A stretch of DNA of 63,746 nt, the filler included, from Choristocarpus tenellus KU-1152 (taxonomy: Eukaryota; Protista; Phaeophyceae): assembly GCA_964200185.2 (NCBI GenBank). It is 10 parts of 10 records of this genome, joined end to end, with 100 filler letters (N's around TTAATTAATTAA, not from the genome) between each part and the next. Parts side by side here need not be neighbours in the genome. Positions count along the whole stretch, not along the records: positions 37,643 to 41,875 come from CAXNAD020015561.1; positions 41,976 to 45,336 come from CAXNAD020020542.1; positions 45,437 to 48,324 come from CAXNAD020023903.1; positions 48,425 to 52,213 come from CAXNAD020017907.1; 6 more parts are not named here. One strand, given 5' to 3'. The notes beneath the pieces were generated by a model. That model was not told where the DNA came from and did no database searches. It saw only the letters and a list, made by a program, of their open reading frames with translations. Positions 38,002 to 51,336 of this stretch are shown in pieces; the first letter of the stretch is position 1; each line of letters begins with the position of its first letter. Made by a program: the position numbers and the translations under genes.

Positions 38002-41000
38002 CTGCACAAATCCCACAGCCCCAGCTCCGATGCTGACGACTGCCCCTATATGCGCCATTGTGTGCGCCATGGCCACAGGAAGCACATTCTGTACCTGTGC
38101 CAACCACATACATACATCGGCGTCATTACAGACAGAGATTACAGACAGAGATAGCATGGGGACGAATGAGGGCGAGAGGGGTGGGTCGGGTTGTGGTAGG
38201 CGGTGATGACATCGTACTTTGAAAAACAAAAACAAAACCTTTGAAAAACAAAAACAATCTTACTGTAATGAAGCGGTACATTGCGCCACACGTATTCCGG
38301 ATCAGAAATGTATATAAACATACACAGTACTGTCCTCTTCCCTGTCACAGACGAGCTGTTATTGCGATCGGTGACAGCAATAAGAAAAAAACCCGGTATA
38401 TTTCGTATACTCATGGTAAGGCTGTGACAATAACAGGTACAAGCACCTTACCAAAAAAAGGTGATATATATAATATATATATATATATATATGGTATTGC
38501 ATAATCAGCAAGCTCAGTCTGCCAACCATCAGTAAGCACGCAATTACCCCGCCCTGAGAACAAAAAGACAGGAAATACAAAACAGTACTTTGCAGTTGGT
38601 TGCCAACTACTGGGAGGAGGGTTAGAGGAGGGTTAGGGATCTCAAGTACAGCCAAAAGGCTCTGTGTCTCACTTCACGCTCCATAGAAATGCTCTCTCCT
38701 CCTCTGTGAAAAAAGGCACTGTGTAGCGCTGCTATCCCTCTGATAAAGGATAAAGAGTCCACTACCCTTCTATCAAAACCCTACAAAATAAAAAAAGAGC
38801 CCAACCGTTGGGCTTTGTTTGTGGGAAAAGTCCATAAATCAGCACATCCTTTAATTGTACTACAACAGTAAGATGCCAGTCAAACATAAGGATCATTTAC
38901 CTTCTATCTTGTACCTCCTCAGTACAAACGTCACATCCCTTGTATAATCTAGAGCCAAAGAGGTCACGTCACCAACCCTGTACTTACCCTGCAGTTGCAT
39001 CCTTTTTGGGGGGAATTTTTTCATATCGGGGGCAGGCACACTCTGCTTCACTCACAGGGATACTACTAGAGTTGCAGTTAAGTAGGCGTTACAGCACTAA
39101 GGGGAAAGAAACTGTCGACAGCATGGCCATTGTCAATAATGCAGAATCTATGAAACTTCCAATATTTAACTTTAATGGTGAAGAAGTAATGGCACACAAT
39201 GCTCTTGCAAGCTCTGGAGTATCAAACAAACGAGTTGGACCAAATGCAGCAAAAATAATTCACAAGATATTACAAGGAACAAAACCTTGCAACATCAAAA
39301 CCACTGTATCCCAAAAAAATCTGACCAATGCTGACTTTATTAGTCTTAAAAAAGCTGCTAAAATTGGATTATCTATTCCAGTCATACACACACACACATA
39401 CATGTTGTCAGCGATGAAACTTGCACAATCATATCAACCGCCTACCTCTCCATATTCAGTTGGTGGGAATAACTGATTTACCTGGAAAGTCGATGGGTCA
39501 CCATATATTAGAGCTCTATGTACATCCCTGACCCCTCTATGAATAGATACCAATCACTCTATGAATCAAGTGCTTGCCACGCGCTGTTCAAGAGTCAAGG
39601 GACAGTGTAATAAGGATTGGGGGTTAGGGGGGAGGGGGGAGCCTACCCAATGTATTGCAGAAATGTGGTGCATATTATATACCCCTTATTATGTCTTGGA
39701 CTGTAGGAGACCTCCGTTCAGAAAGGAAAGAAAATCAAGTCAACTTCAATGAACACAATCCTGGGTCCTGAAAAGAACCTTGACACTATCCCTACAGCTG
39801 AACAGGAAAAAAAAAAATCCTCAGGAGTACAGTACACATCATCAAATGAGCACATGTTATCCAGTGTGTCACACCCCACCTCTATCTCTACCTTGACATA
39901 GGGGTTTTCACCCAGAACTCAATGGGCTCTACCCCTAGCCTCTCTCTCCCTCTCTCTGCATACCAAAACAACAACAAAAATACTCTTTACCTAAGCTCCC
40001 CCTCCCCACACACATAACTACTAGCAAGGTGCACAACATAGGGCATTTCTATACTTCGACATTTGCCTCCCCTGCTGTGCTATCAACTTTGTGCATGAGT
40101 ATCACGTTAAAATATACTGCTTTACTTGATGTTCCTGCTGCATCAAGGAAGGGGCAAGATTGAAGAAGGGTTCTCACTAGACAATCAAACCTGTTCGGGT
40201 GAGAGGCGTGGAGCCTTTCGCAGCCCTGTTCCCCAAAGGAAACCAACATAAGGAATGCCAACGAGCAATTGCACTGCTGCAAGAGTCAACGGAGCATCAA
40301 GAACTAGTGTTTTCCAGTTGGTCATGGTAGTGCAGGGGAGCAGGGGGAAGATAGAGAGAGATGTGAGGGTTGAGACAAGAGAGATGCAAGGGCGGTAGTG
40401 AAGTGATATGAGTAATAATCCTCACAGATGCAGAAGGGCATTTTTCTTCACTCGTAGGCCATAGCTGGAGATCGAAATGAAACAGCAAGTGGTGATCAAG
40501 AAAATGATAGCAAGAAAATGATATCAGAATGACTTGCCATCATCAGTCCACCCTCCAGAGAGAACAGAGATTACTGATAGTAGGCATATCCTTAGCACGC
40601 TCTACTCTAGGGATTGTTTCGACTGCTGTAACAGCACCCTACGGCATTGTTAGACATCATCAGGACCATCCATGTCTTGCAGTGCACTCCTTGACACTAA
40701 AAGAAATCTCAACCTACAGCTGTCCCTTCTCCAAATATGTCATGGCTGTTGTGTCCCAATGCCGAAACAATCACTCCCCTCTCCATTAACCTTAATCCAC
40801 TGCCTTGGTGCCCTTGCACTGGCTGTAGATACACCCAAAGCACACAATGGCATACAACGGAGCCGCAGGGTGCCTCCCTCAACCCATTGTACTTTCATTT
40901 TGCAGTTAATAACTCATTCAAATGAAGCGTCACACACATGAGGATACAACAGGGTATAAAATGCACTATTGGGGATGGTACGGACTGACAGTTCAATTCC

Positions 41001-41859
41001 ATTCTCACCATTTAGCCTTCTCCGGTTCAAGGGAAGTATCCATCAGGGTCAAACGTCGCCGTCCGGGCACATACACCATGGGAATGGGAGGGTGGGGGAA
41101 AGAGGAGTCGCTAAGCGAGTGGTTAGGCCAGAATGGGGGGGAAGTCAGAGAAAGTGATCACAACAAATAACCCATGGTAGTACAGGCCAAGAGGAGGCAA
41201 AGAAGGTGGTAGTACTCTATCAGGAATGGGGGGCGACATGAGCTCAGCGGTGAAGAATATGTATCGTAAGGTATTGTGACATCTATCGAAGGCAAGGTTT
41301 CTGTGAGTTGTGAGTCGGTGGCAGGGGATGGAGCGAGATCTCACGTGAACTTTGTGCAGAGGTTGTACCCCACATTGAACGAATACCACAGGGAGAAGAA
41401 AAAGGCCACTCGAATGGTCTGCGCGTTCTCACTCTTCCCACTAGCAGAAGCCCCAGTGGTCCCTGGTAATGTCCCCTCGCACTCCTTAAGGATCGGCAAA
41501 GACCCCTCTCCTAACCGACCAGGAACGATACTTCCAGGCTCAGAAGTCAAGGAGGGTACTATGGACGGTACATCCCCTGCCACCATGTGATATACGTACG
41601 AGCGGCGATACTCCTCTTTTGGATGTGCTCTCTTCCATGTTGATGTCAAGCAACTTCCGACACTCTTTGCCCTTATTTCCTGTCGCCAACAACCTCTCGT
41701 GATCTCTAAGCATGTCATATGCGGCGAAAGATAAAATGCAGATGCTCTGTCTGAAATGCACAACAGCATCAAGAACGCAGTGTCATAAAGCCGGGATCTA
41801 CGGGCATGCCTCCCTGGTCGGGCTCTGTCCCCCTTGCCGCAGTTTTCACACCCAGTCAT
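38002..41859 (-). CDS. Plastid phosphate translocator (triose-phosphate/phosphate translocator family), 5' part; exons 41859-41345, 41016-41009 (8 nt), 40303-40191, 38094-38002
   Basis: Spliced protein ...TIRVAFFFSLWYSFNVGYNLCTKFT|LN|VLDAPLTLAAVQLLVGIPYVGFLWGTGLRKAPRLSPEQ|VQNVLPVAMAHTMAHIGAVVSIGAGAVGFVQ is typical TPT TM1-TM3; ASA-F presequence motif. Confidence 0.88.
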
Positions 41860-41989
41860 TGGGGACACACTATGCNNNNNNNNNNNNNNNNNNNNNNNNN
41901 NNNNNNNNNNNNNNNNNNNTTAATTAATTAANNNNNNNNNNNNNNNNNNNNNNNNNNNNNNNNNNNNNNNNNNNNGTTATAGGTATCCC

Positions 41990-42510
41990 CTCAAAAGACC
42001 TGGGGCAAATCATTGGCCAAGATTGGGTACCTGTGTGGGAACAACATCCAACACACCTACCCCGAAGGTTCACATTCTGGCAGCTCACGACGCCAGGATC
42101 ACAACGAGGACTCAACACGAGATCACTCGCCGCCTGAACAGGATTCGTTTTATTACTTCCAGACAATCCTGTTCAGGCAACCTCCCACCTCCCAAACTCA
42201 TCCACCAGCAATGGTGTAGCTGCTGCTGCAGCTGAGGCAGGAAAGCGTGCCCACTACGGGGCGATTTTGACCCTCGTAGTTATAACCTCAACACCTTTAC
42301 GGTGGATGTTTTGGGTGCCTCAGCAAGCAAGCGAAACGTTTCTTGGATGAGCTAGCTACACGTGCGGTAGGGGGGAGAGGAACCGGAGGCTACAGCAGAA
42401 AAGGTGCCATCAAATCCCGCCTACGCCAGATAGTCTCAGTCATAACGCAGGTAGCCCTGTCTAGACAGGCCATGCGTTTTAAGCTGGAGTCACCAGGTAG
42501 ATGGCAAGAG
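41990..42510 (+). mobile_element. 3' end of a non-LTR retrotransposon with restriction-like endonuclease (CRE-like)
   Basis: GVAAAAAEAGKRAHYG..FDPRSYNLNTF...FG.LSKQAKRFLDELATRAVGG...RLRQIVSVITQVALSRQ; frameshifted. Confidence 0.7.
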
Positions 42511-42749
42511 GGGGGTTATTAGATTCATGGGATGCTTCCCTAGCTCCTCACCCTCGGGTGCAGGAATAGGTTTGAGACGCAGGAAGGCAGTAGTACAACA
42601 TAGATATGAAGTAGTAAAATAGGAAATAGATCAACGTTTTTCATTTTTGTGACGACTGTTACTTCTTTAGGGATTTTTTAGACATGTGAATAGTTTTCAT
42701 TGGTTTTTCCCCTGGCACATCTGGAAAATGAAAGGGGATAAAAATATAA

Positions 42750-43072
42750 TAGATGTATCGAAATAAGAGAGTGTAGGGGCACGTAGAAAAACCTCTCTTA
42801 TATACTGATCCTCTCCAATTAGATATGAGAGTGCTTTTCTCTTGAACCGAATGATCTTATATGGAGCAACAATGCTTGTAGGCACTTTATACTTGTCCCT
42901 AAACGACAACAGAGTGACGACACCCTTCCTGTATGTGCTTCCCATGTGCCTTCAAGAGTAGTTACATACATGTAAACATGCATTGAACATTGCCCTCGGT
43001 GAGCCCATTTTGATGAAGCTGTAATAATGGTGCAGCAAGCACCATATCTACACCACCTCTACATGTTGATAT
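42750..43072 (-). mobile_element. Second, diverged copy of the 3' terminal region of the pogo-like element at 24860-25191
   Basis: Reverse-complement alignment over ~300 bp. Confidence 0.75.
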
Positions 43073-43593
43073 TCCCGTCGTTGTCTACTGACACGACTCC
43101 CTCCTTGACTTTCCTTCCTTGACAGTTTGATATTAACTTTCGTGTCTTCGAAGATTGTTGATGTTTAGGTCTCACACTATTTTATAGTTAATCTTTACGG
43201 CTCTAACTCCTCCAATAGTCTCTCTCAAGTAGGACTGAACTGCTTGGTCGAGATTGGAAGTGAGCTAGGAGGGGCTGGACCTCTACTACTCTCAGACTTC
43301 TAAATCTCACCATACGAGAAATCTAGAACCAAGTGCCTGTTCCAAGAATATTCCTTTTTTTGGATGTCCTTGTGAAACACTCTCATCCTACAGAGTTGTA
43401 CTTTGTTCTGTCACTCGTCTTATAGTACCCTTGATGTCATAGTGTTTTGAATTGTCTTGTTAACACCTACTCAGATACTCCAGAGTATATATCAACATAC
43501 TAAGGCTGTAGAACTCTCAACACGAACAGTATAGCACATACAGGATAGTACAAGTGTATAATCGGCTGTACTTACTAAAAGGAACAACATAAT

Positions 43594-43855
43594 GAGTCAA
43601 AGTATCTGAGAGGGTAGAGCTGCGTCCATTTGGGAGCCAAAATCCAATGTTGAAATTTTGATTTAATTTTGGCTATTGTGTTTTTTAGGAATTGTCAATA
43701 TCCTTATTCTGGACACACCTTTTCATAACATACACATTTTACCTACTCCAAAACATTTTGGGGTAGGAAAATGTCATTAAAAAAACGTGGGAAGGAAGCC
43801 AAGCTGCAAATGGACAAATAGGGCAAAACTCGTACCCTCCAAGATGCTTTCACTC
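43594..43855 (+). mobile_element. MITE family B, full copy with 4-bp TSD TAAT
   Basis: TAAT-GAGTCAAAGTATCT...AGATGCTTTCACTC-TAAT. Confidence 0.88.
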
Positions 43856-44199
43856 TAATCGAAACCAGTATTTCGTGAAAGAAGTCGAGCATCAAAGGGG
43901 TTTGCAAGGTCTAATTTAATGTAGGTAGTTGCCACTTCAACCACTGAGCCATGAGGACGCCCATTGGGCAGTGATATATGCAGAACCGGAACGATGGTTT
44001 GGTACATTCTATCCCCAGAACAGCAAAGACAGTGATATGTCACCATTTGACAAAATCAGAGGTTGTGGGAGTCCTGCATAGAACACTGTTGTGTCTCAGG
44101 AAATGTTGTACAGATTTTCTGAAGCAGCAAAACAAGGTTGAGAAATGGGTAGGTCTGCAAAGGTGCTGGTGATCCATACCACATTTCATACAATGATGT

Positions 44200-44960
44200 A
44201 CAACCCGGATTTACTGTGGTTGAGGTGCGGTTTTAAGGGAGTCACAAATGAAATGTCGAAACCCAGTCCTTAGTTTGTCAATGTTGGGGAAGGGGATGTC
44301 CAGAGAGGGTAATTGTGGGCCTTGAGTGCGACCAGGTAGTGAGACCTCATCAATCACAGCAAGTCTATGAACCAAGTTCATTTGAACTGAGGCCTGTTTG
44401 CAGTGGCAATATCTTGTTTGATGCCACTACCTCAACAAAGAGCACCAAATCCCCCTTCTTGAGACCTACCCCCATTATCAGACCAAACTCACATAACCAA
44501 AGGAGGGAGTATCACCACCACGGAGGTCTTAAAGGCTTCATTGGCGTCCAACTTGTGTTGAAGGAAGTTCGACCGTATGGACTAAGAATATATTTCTCGA
44601 ATAATCATGGTGAATTACATATCGCCAAATGACAAGACAGATCCCTTGCCACTCACATTGATGAAAGTCCACTCCAGAAGTTTTCTCAACCACTCTGGAA
44701 GAGGTGGTGGATTTGATTCCATGACAAATGTCCTCCCTCATGGATCAGCCTGCACGCAGTTCCAATTCCTCCACCAGAACGAAGCCGATGGCAGTTAGAC
44801 TTAACTTGAGCAGTGACACATAAGCATGACTGTCCGAACAATTGAAGACGTCAATATCGACCTGATTTGTGTGCAGCTCGAGGCTTAGTTGGGGTCAAAT
44901 GGTTGATATCAGGACTGCATCAGTGTTGCATAGGTGTTTCCATAAAGCGTTGACCGATAA
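44200..44960 (-). mobile_element. Copia GAG-pre-integrase and integrase relic
   Basis: DIDVFNCSDSHAYVSLLK...GIKSTTSSRVVEK, DVSGKGSVLSFG, FLQHKLDANEAFK, VWSDNG; many stops. Confidence 0.7.
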
Positions 44961-45079
44961 GAGCATAATGACTACGGCGGATACTTTGATGCACTAGTAA
45001 AGCTTTCGAAAGAGTGGCAGTGCTAGATGTGAAACACTAAACAGCAGCACCCTCAAAGCCCTGAGAAGTGTAGACGTTA

Positions 45080-45299
45080 GAGCCAAAGTATCTTAGAGGG
45101 TAGAGACGCGTCCATTTGGAGCCTAAATCCAATATTGCGATTTTGATGTAATTTCCGCAATCGTGTTTGTTAGGAAGTGTCAATATCCTTGTTCCGGACA
45201 CACCTTTTCATGAAGTATACATTTTACCTACTCCTAAACATTTTGGAGTAAGAAAATGTCATTAAAAAAAACATGGGAAGCCAAGCCCCAAATGGACAA
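45080..45299 (+). mobile_element. MITE family B copy interrupted by a family A element at 45300
   Basis: B sequence runs to its CCAAATGGACAA box, then an A terminus begins. Confidence 0.85.
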
Positions 45300-45475
45300 G
45301 ACCCAAAGTATCTGAGGGAGGGGGGGGGGTCTACACNNNNNNNNNNNNNNNNNNNNNNNNNNNNNNNNNNNNNNNNNNNNTTAATTAATTAANNNNNNNN
45401 NNNNNNNNNNNNNNNNNNNNNNNNNNNNNNNNNNNNGCGGCGGGTTGTTGTGGGGTTGTGGGGGGGGGGGGTGGG

Positions 45476-45522
<47 letters not shown>

Positions 45523-47000
45523 GATTGGGAGGAGCGGTGTTTGTGAAAAGCTCTATGGTACGAAAGGATGGCTTGACGCTTTCAAATATAGGGTTTTGTT
45601 GAGATGAGCCTTGTGACGGTTGTTTTCAGCAACACTGCACGAGGAAAATCCTGAATGTTTTTTTTTGTTAAATTTTGTGTGTTGTGAAGTGCTGTACAAC
45701 CATTTCTTGCTTTGTCTACTGTCTGTGTGCTCTTGTGGAGGATACATGTATAGATGGATCTTGAAGTTTTGAGGTTAAGAGACAGATGGAATGATCAACT
45801 GTAGTATGTATTTGACTGTCTGGTACCAAAGAGCTAAGGGTTGTTTGGAGCTTCTTACTTGCAGGAGTGAGGTGTCCTGTTGAAGAGTATTATTTTACCT
45901 AAGCATGGTGTAACTAAACGTGTACTGAAGCTGTCCTGTCCTGTTGCAGGTAGGCGATGTTGTGGAACACCTTTGTCGCTAGTCGATAATGATCCTATTG
46001 TCCTTGATTGGTGGAATAGCATGTGCCTCTAGCCCACACACCTGAATGACCAGATGGAGTGTGCACACTCTTGATATCCATATTGTTTTGAGGGCATGTC
46101 AAGCTCAAAAAGAGTGAGTGGTGATGATGCAATGATGCGATGCCATTTTAGTATTATATTATAGGTCGGGATATCCGCCTGAGGGTAGAAGTGACAGCCA
46201 TTGGGTTGTGGTGACAAAATAATAGGCGTGAGGAAACAAGATGGGAACATGAAATGAAGGCCTTCCAACACTGGTGCCCCATACAACGTCACGTTGGGTA
46301 TGTGTGTGGGGGTTCAAGAGCAGGAATTTCTGGGACTGAATTCGACCAGAATAAATTCAGGTCCAGTCTGACACTTTATAGTGGTTGGTCAAATTCGATA
46401 TGTAGATCTTCCGTGTTGTCTCCGACGTACTGCAATTGTCGCGCTTACGTCTAATACCGTCCCCTTCTTTTCCAGACAATTGCTCTGTCTTGTATTATAT
46501 ATCAGTTGTTGATGAAACCGTTTTTTAGAGTTTTAAAATGCATTTACGAGAACGTTATGTTTTAAGGTGCAGAATATGTGAGGCTGGAGTTCTTTTTTTT
46601 AGATTCCCATATATATATATATAGTATGTAGCATGTATTTGAGAGAATTTGGTATTGAACGCAACATATTTCAATTAGGTCAGCCTGATGCGTCTTGGCC
46701 ATGTCGATCCAGTGAGAGAAATGTTCTTTAATCCAGGGTATTTAGTAATTAGAGACACCAACCAGTTCACCTGGCTGTGGGTTGGTCCCAGAATAAAGGT
46801 GATTGTTTTAACAGGTCCAGTCTAGGACCGTTAGATGTATTAAATGGACCAGGCTTAGCCTTGGCAGAGTGAAAACCTGCTGGTCTGGTTGAAATGAAAG
46901 CCTTGGTGTTATTTTTATAGTGTTCTTGTGATATCTACAAATATGCAACCTGTAGCGTAGCAACAATAACGATCAATATAAGAGTGAAAGTGTATAGATA

Positions 47001-47031
<31 letters not shown>

Positions 47032-47363
47032 GACCTTGCTCAAGGTTTAGGCCTTAGGCTGGTTCTGCTTGTGCAGGTTGGGTGCCAGAGATACCTCTAC
47101 TTTTTTGGTTGTGTGGAAGGCGATGGTAATACGAGAGGTTGCATGGATGATGAGTTGGGCAATCAATAATGGCTGGATCTCCAGTGGATGGATGGGCAGT
47201 GGCGCGCAATGAACTCGGAGGAGGGCGTGAATCCACTTGATACTACTCCAAGATCATAACCTGGACTGATGCGTGTACCTCACAAGTAAATCTCCGCTAC
47301 CCGGTTAGCGGGAGATGGGAGGGCAAGACATGGACAAACAGGTCGAGACAATGCAAGCAATGT

Positions 47364-47628
47364 GAGTGAAAGTATCTCAGAGGGTACGTACGAGTTTTGC
47401 CCTGTTTGTTTATTTTGGGCTTGGCTTCCCATGGGTTCTTTTATTATGATATTTTCCTACTCCAAAATGTTTAGGAGTAGGTAAAGTGTGTATGTTATGA
47501 AAAGGTGTATCCGGAACATGGATAATGACACTCTCAACAAACATGATAGCCAAAATTTAATCAAAATCGCTACATTGGGTTTTGGTCTCCAAATGGACAC
47601 GTCTCTACCATCTAAGATACTTTGGCTC
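47364..47628 (-). mobile_element. MITE family B, full copy
   Basis: Both TIRs present; flanks share TGT. Confidence 0.85.
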
Positions 47629-49180
47629 TGTAGACAACCTCCCCTTACCTGGGGAATGAAGCCTCGCCACTTTCTTCTTGTTTGGATCTTTTTTTGGATG
47701 TAATAGTGAAAATAGGAGGGCAGGGTCTACAATAATCGGTTGTTGTTGGCACATGGACTTTGGACCATCCAAACCAGATTTCCATCAAAACGTTGGTCAT
47801 TAATGGGTTAGAACACGTGATATTCATGCAAGGAACAGCTGGCATTAACCTCTGAGTCAATAGGGCTCTCAGAGTAGGTGGTATGTAGTCGATCGGTTAA
47901 AGTCTGGTTCAACTTTATTCAGGTAATGAAAACTCCAATATATCACTGAAGGATTTCAAGAAATACAACTTAAATCCAGTACCTAATTGGGACAATTTTG
48001 ACTGGACTGACCCCATCCGTCTTGGCAGGTTAGTCCAGCAGTAACACTTTTTTGTTTCAAGAACCGTCACATATTTTAGCGGGACCAGGCCGAGGGTCAG
48101 TCCTGGAACATTATTTTTGAACAGGATCAGTCCAGACCCGTCACACGTTTTGACTAGTCCAGGTCGTGGGTGGCCTTGGTGAAATATGGTGTGTAGGCCA
48201 GCCCCTAAGCATGATCATGATCAACAACAATAGTGAAAGGCTCAAAGTAAGGCTCAAAGTAACTGGGGGGGGGGGGGGTGGCGACTGTCCATTTGGGGCT
48301 AATTTTTTTATGTCATGATTTTTGNNNNNNNNNNNNNNNNNNNNNNNNNNNNNNNNNNNNNNNNNNNNTTAATTAATTAANNNNNNNNNNNNNNNNNNNN
48401 NNNNNNNNNNNNNNNNNNNNNNNNGTGAATATCTCTGGGATTTTGTGTCAAATCGCCCGAATACGATAATTCCGGTACAAAATCCTATTTTTTGAGAATG
48501 TCGACAAAAAGCAGTACAAAATTGGATATTTTATTTGGCCCAAAATAGGGTAAATCTACTGTACATACATTTATAGTTGTTTGATGACGTCATTAAAACA
48601 ATAAATTAAATGTGATGGAGAGGTGTTGGGATTTGATCACAGTCCAATCCATTTCTGCACGCACACGTAAGTGTATTGCGCACATATTTCTTCGTCATTG
48701 GTGTTCTCTTTAGTATCAAACACAAAGAATACAAAGAATTCTCTGACTGTTTGCTGTTGACAGCCACAAGGATGCGAAATCACCCATCGGATCCAAGATT
48801 CCATTTCAAACTTCTAAGATTTTATGACTGAGAGAACTTTGGGTTTGCTAAAAGTACCCCACCGTGATACAACTGGTGGTTCTGAACACCCCCCACGACT
48901 GACTCACGCTGGAGGGTAAACAATTTATGAAGGTTGCAACTTTTCCTCCCCCCTATTTGTGACTTCATTATTGGGATGTTTGACCATTATTATAATTTTT
49001 ATTGCTTTGTACTCGTCCTTTTCTTTGTTTACGAATTCTGGATAGATAATTTGTTAGCCCTATCTTAGCATTATATCTACCCCACTCCTCAACAGACGTC
49101 ACACCACACATTCCATACCACACCACCGTCACACCACTGCACTTGTTACTGCACCTATCAATGTGATCAATTTTCTCATA

Positions 49181-49318
49181 TCCAATCAACAACCAATGAA
49201 GCCAATTTCTGGGAATCCAATCACCACCAATGCGGCCTATTTCCATGAATCTAATGACCAAACAATGCAGCCGATTTCTGCGAATCTAATCACCATTAAT
49301 GCAACCAATCTCTATGAA
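49181..49318 (+). repeat. Four degenerate 34-35-bp CCAAT-rich tandem units
   Basis: TC(C/T)AAT(C/G)A...AATG...CC.AT.TC...GAA x4. Confidence 0.7.
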
Positions 49319-49886
49319 TTCACTCCCCCACCTATCCTCCCAAAACGCCCCACCTTCATCCTCCACGTTTCTCCACGACACTCCACATTCATCAAAGAAA
49401 GAACACCCTACAATTATCTACTCCCATATCGTGCCTCTGAACTAGAAGGCCTACAACCCTCTCGAGTTTGGCCTTCCCATTGAGTCAAATTTGTATCTAG
49501 TTCCTAGGCACAATCTCTTGCCCCAGTTGGCTCTGGTCCTTACCACTCACTTCTAAACCCCTTGAAACCCACATTAAGTCACTGGTTAGCCCTAATATTG
49601 CAGTACACGGGGGAACCCCCCAGTCTTTGGGAACACACCACTGTATTTTTTTCTCCCCTTTTTCGCATTTTTCAAAAGATTAACCCTGTCCCTAATCCTA
49701 ACACTAGTTTGTGTGTGAAAGACTATCTCTAACCACCCAAGGAACATTCTAGAAGAAGTGGTGCAACAATACAGTGTGCACTGGGGAACTGCCACCTTTC
49801 ACTTTTTCATATATATTTCGAAAACCAAACCCTTAACCTAACGTGGACGTGTGCATGAAAAATAACCCTAAGCTTCGTTTGAAGAA

Positions 49887-50141
49887 GAGCCAAAGTATCT
49901 TAGAGGGTAAGGCCGCGTCCATTTGGGGCCAAAATCCAATGTTGGGATTTTGATGTAATTTTGGCTATCGTGTTTATTAGGAAGTGCCAATATCCTTGTT
50001 CCGGCCACACCTTTTCATAATGTATATATTTAACCTACTCCGAAACATTTTGAAGTAGGAAAATATCATTAAAAAAAACCTTGGGAAGCCAAGCCCCAAA
50101 TGGACAAACAGGGGAAAACTCTTACCAAGATACTCTTAGTC
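49887..50141 (+). mobile_element. MITE family B, full copy with 4-bp TSD AGAA
   Basis: AGAA-GAGCCAAAGTATCT...AGATACTCTTAGTC-AGAA. Confidence 0.85.
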
Positions 50142-51336
50142 AGAAGCGAAAAAAAAGCATGAAAGCGGTGGGGTCTGCAGGTTACAGTAATGCATCCTGA
50201 TTGAGCCTGTACTGGTGAGAGTATGTACACAACCTTTTGCAAATACTAAGCTCTCAATGCACAGTTCTGGAAGTAGGACACTAGGAACCTGCAGTGCACT
50301 GTAGTGCATACACTTTTAGCTATTACTCCGGAATACATGGTATCAACCAAGCATTCCATACTCGATAAAGCATTTCTTTCACAATTTCAGTCTCGACTGA
50401 ATGAGGATGACAACCAAGGATTCATTCCAAGCAAATAGTAGATAGTGAACGGGCTAGAAACAATGTAGGGATGAACTACAAATATCCACTTTACAAACAC
50501 TGTCCACATTAATTAGATCATTCTTTAGAGCTCTGCCTTGATGATATTGCTTGCGTGAGTTGCTACTACAATAATGGAATAGTACTAGAGATGTTGCAAC
50601 TTGATCACCCCCTTGCATACTAGTGGCTTGCAAATGAGACTAGAGCTCCCCATTTCACCAGTCAATGGTGCCTAGAGAACACGATGGAATCTATGAGCTA
50701 CTATAAACCTATCTGCAGTTTTTTATTGGAATGTGAAGTGTTCTATCCTTGAGAAGGAAAGGGAACAACCATAGCTCACAGAAAGCCAACCTGTGTAGTA
50801 CACAATGCAACGAAGGCTGCTGCAATAAGAGTAGGAAGTGATACCATCCAAGGGGGTGCAGCGTTGAGTTTCAATAACCCCTTATCACTGTCATGTGGTA
50901 CGTATGTGTCTTGAGTACTATTGTGGAGGGCGCTTTCAGCAAATAATATGTTCACAGATAATATATTTTATAGTCACAACCTTCTAGTGGGGGTTACCTG
51001 CATTTCAGACATGGGCACAGTGCGTAACCTTGCGCAAGGTTTAGATAACATTCTTTGAAACTCAAAAAGAGGCAAAATTGACCCCCCTCTAAATTGTTTT
51101 CACCCAGCACTAACAACTCTTGATAATATTTTCAAGTAGAACAACGAAAAACACACACAAGGTTCGCAAATACACAATGTGATTGACCCACGTAACAAAA
51201 CAAATATTATTATAATTTTATTGGCGTAAACTAATGGGATCAGCTTCTGATAACTAGCTGCTACACTGAACGCACTGAATTAGTCCAATCAATCTGTGTT
51301 GGTGTTGGTGCTGGTACTGCATATCTCTGAAATGCC

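Noticed and set aside
38940-39476. 178-aa + strand ORF
   Set aside because: Antisense within a TPT intron, TTG start, no motifs; most likely chance.
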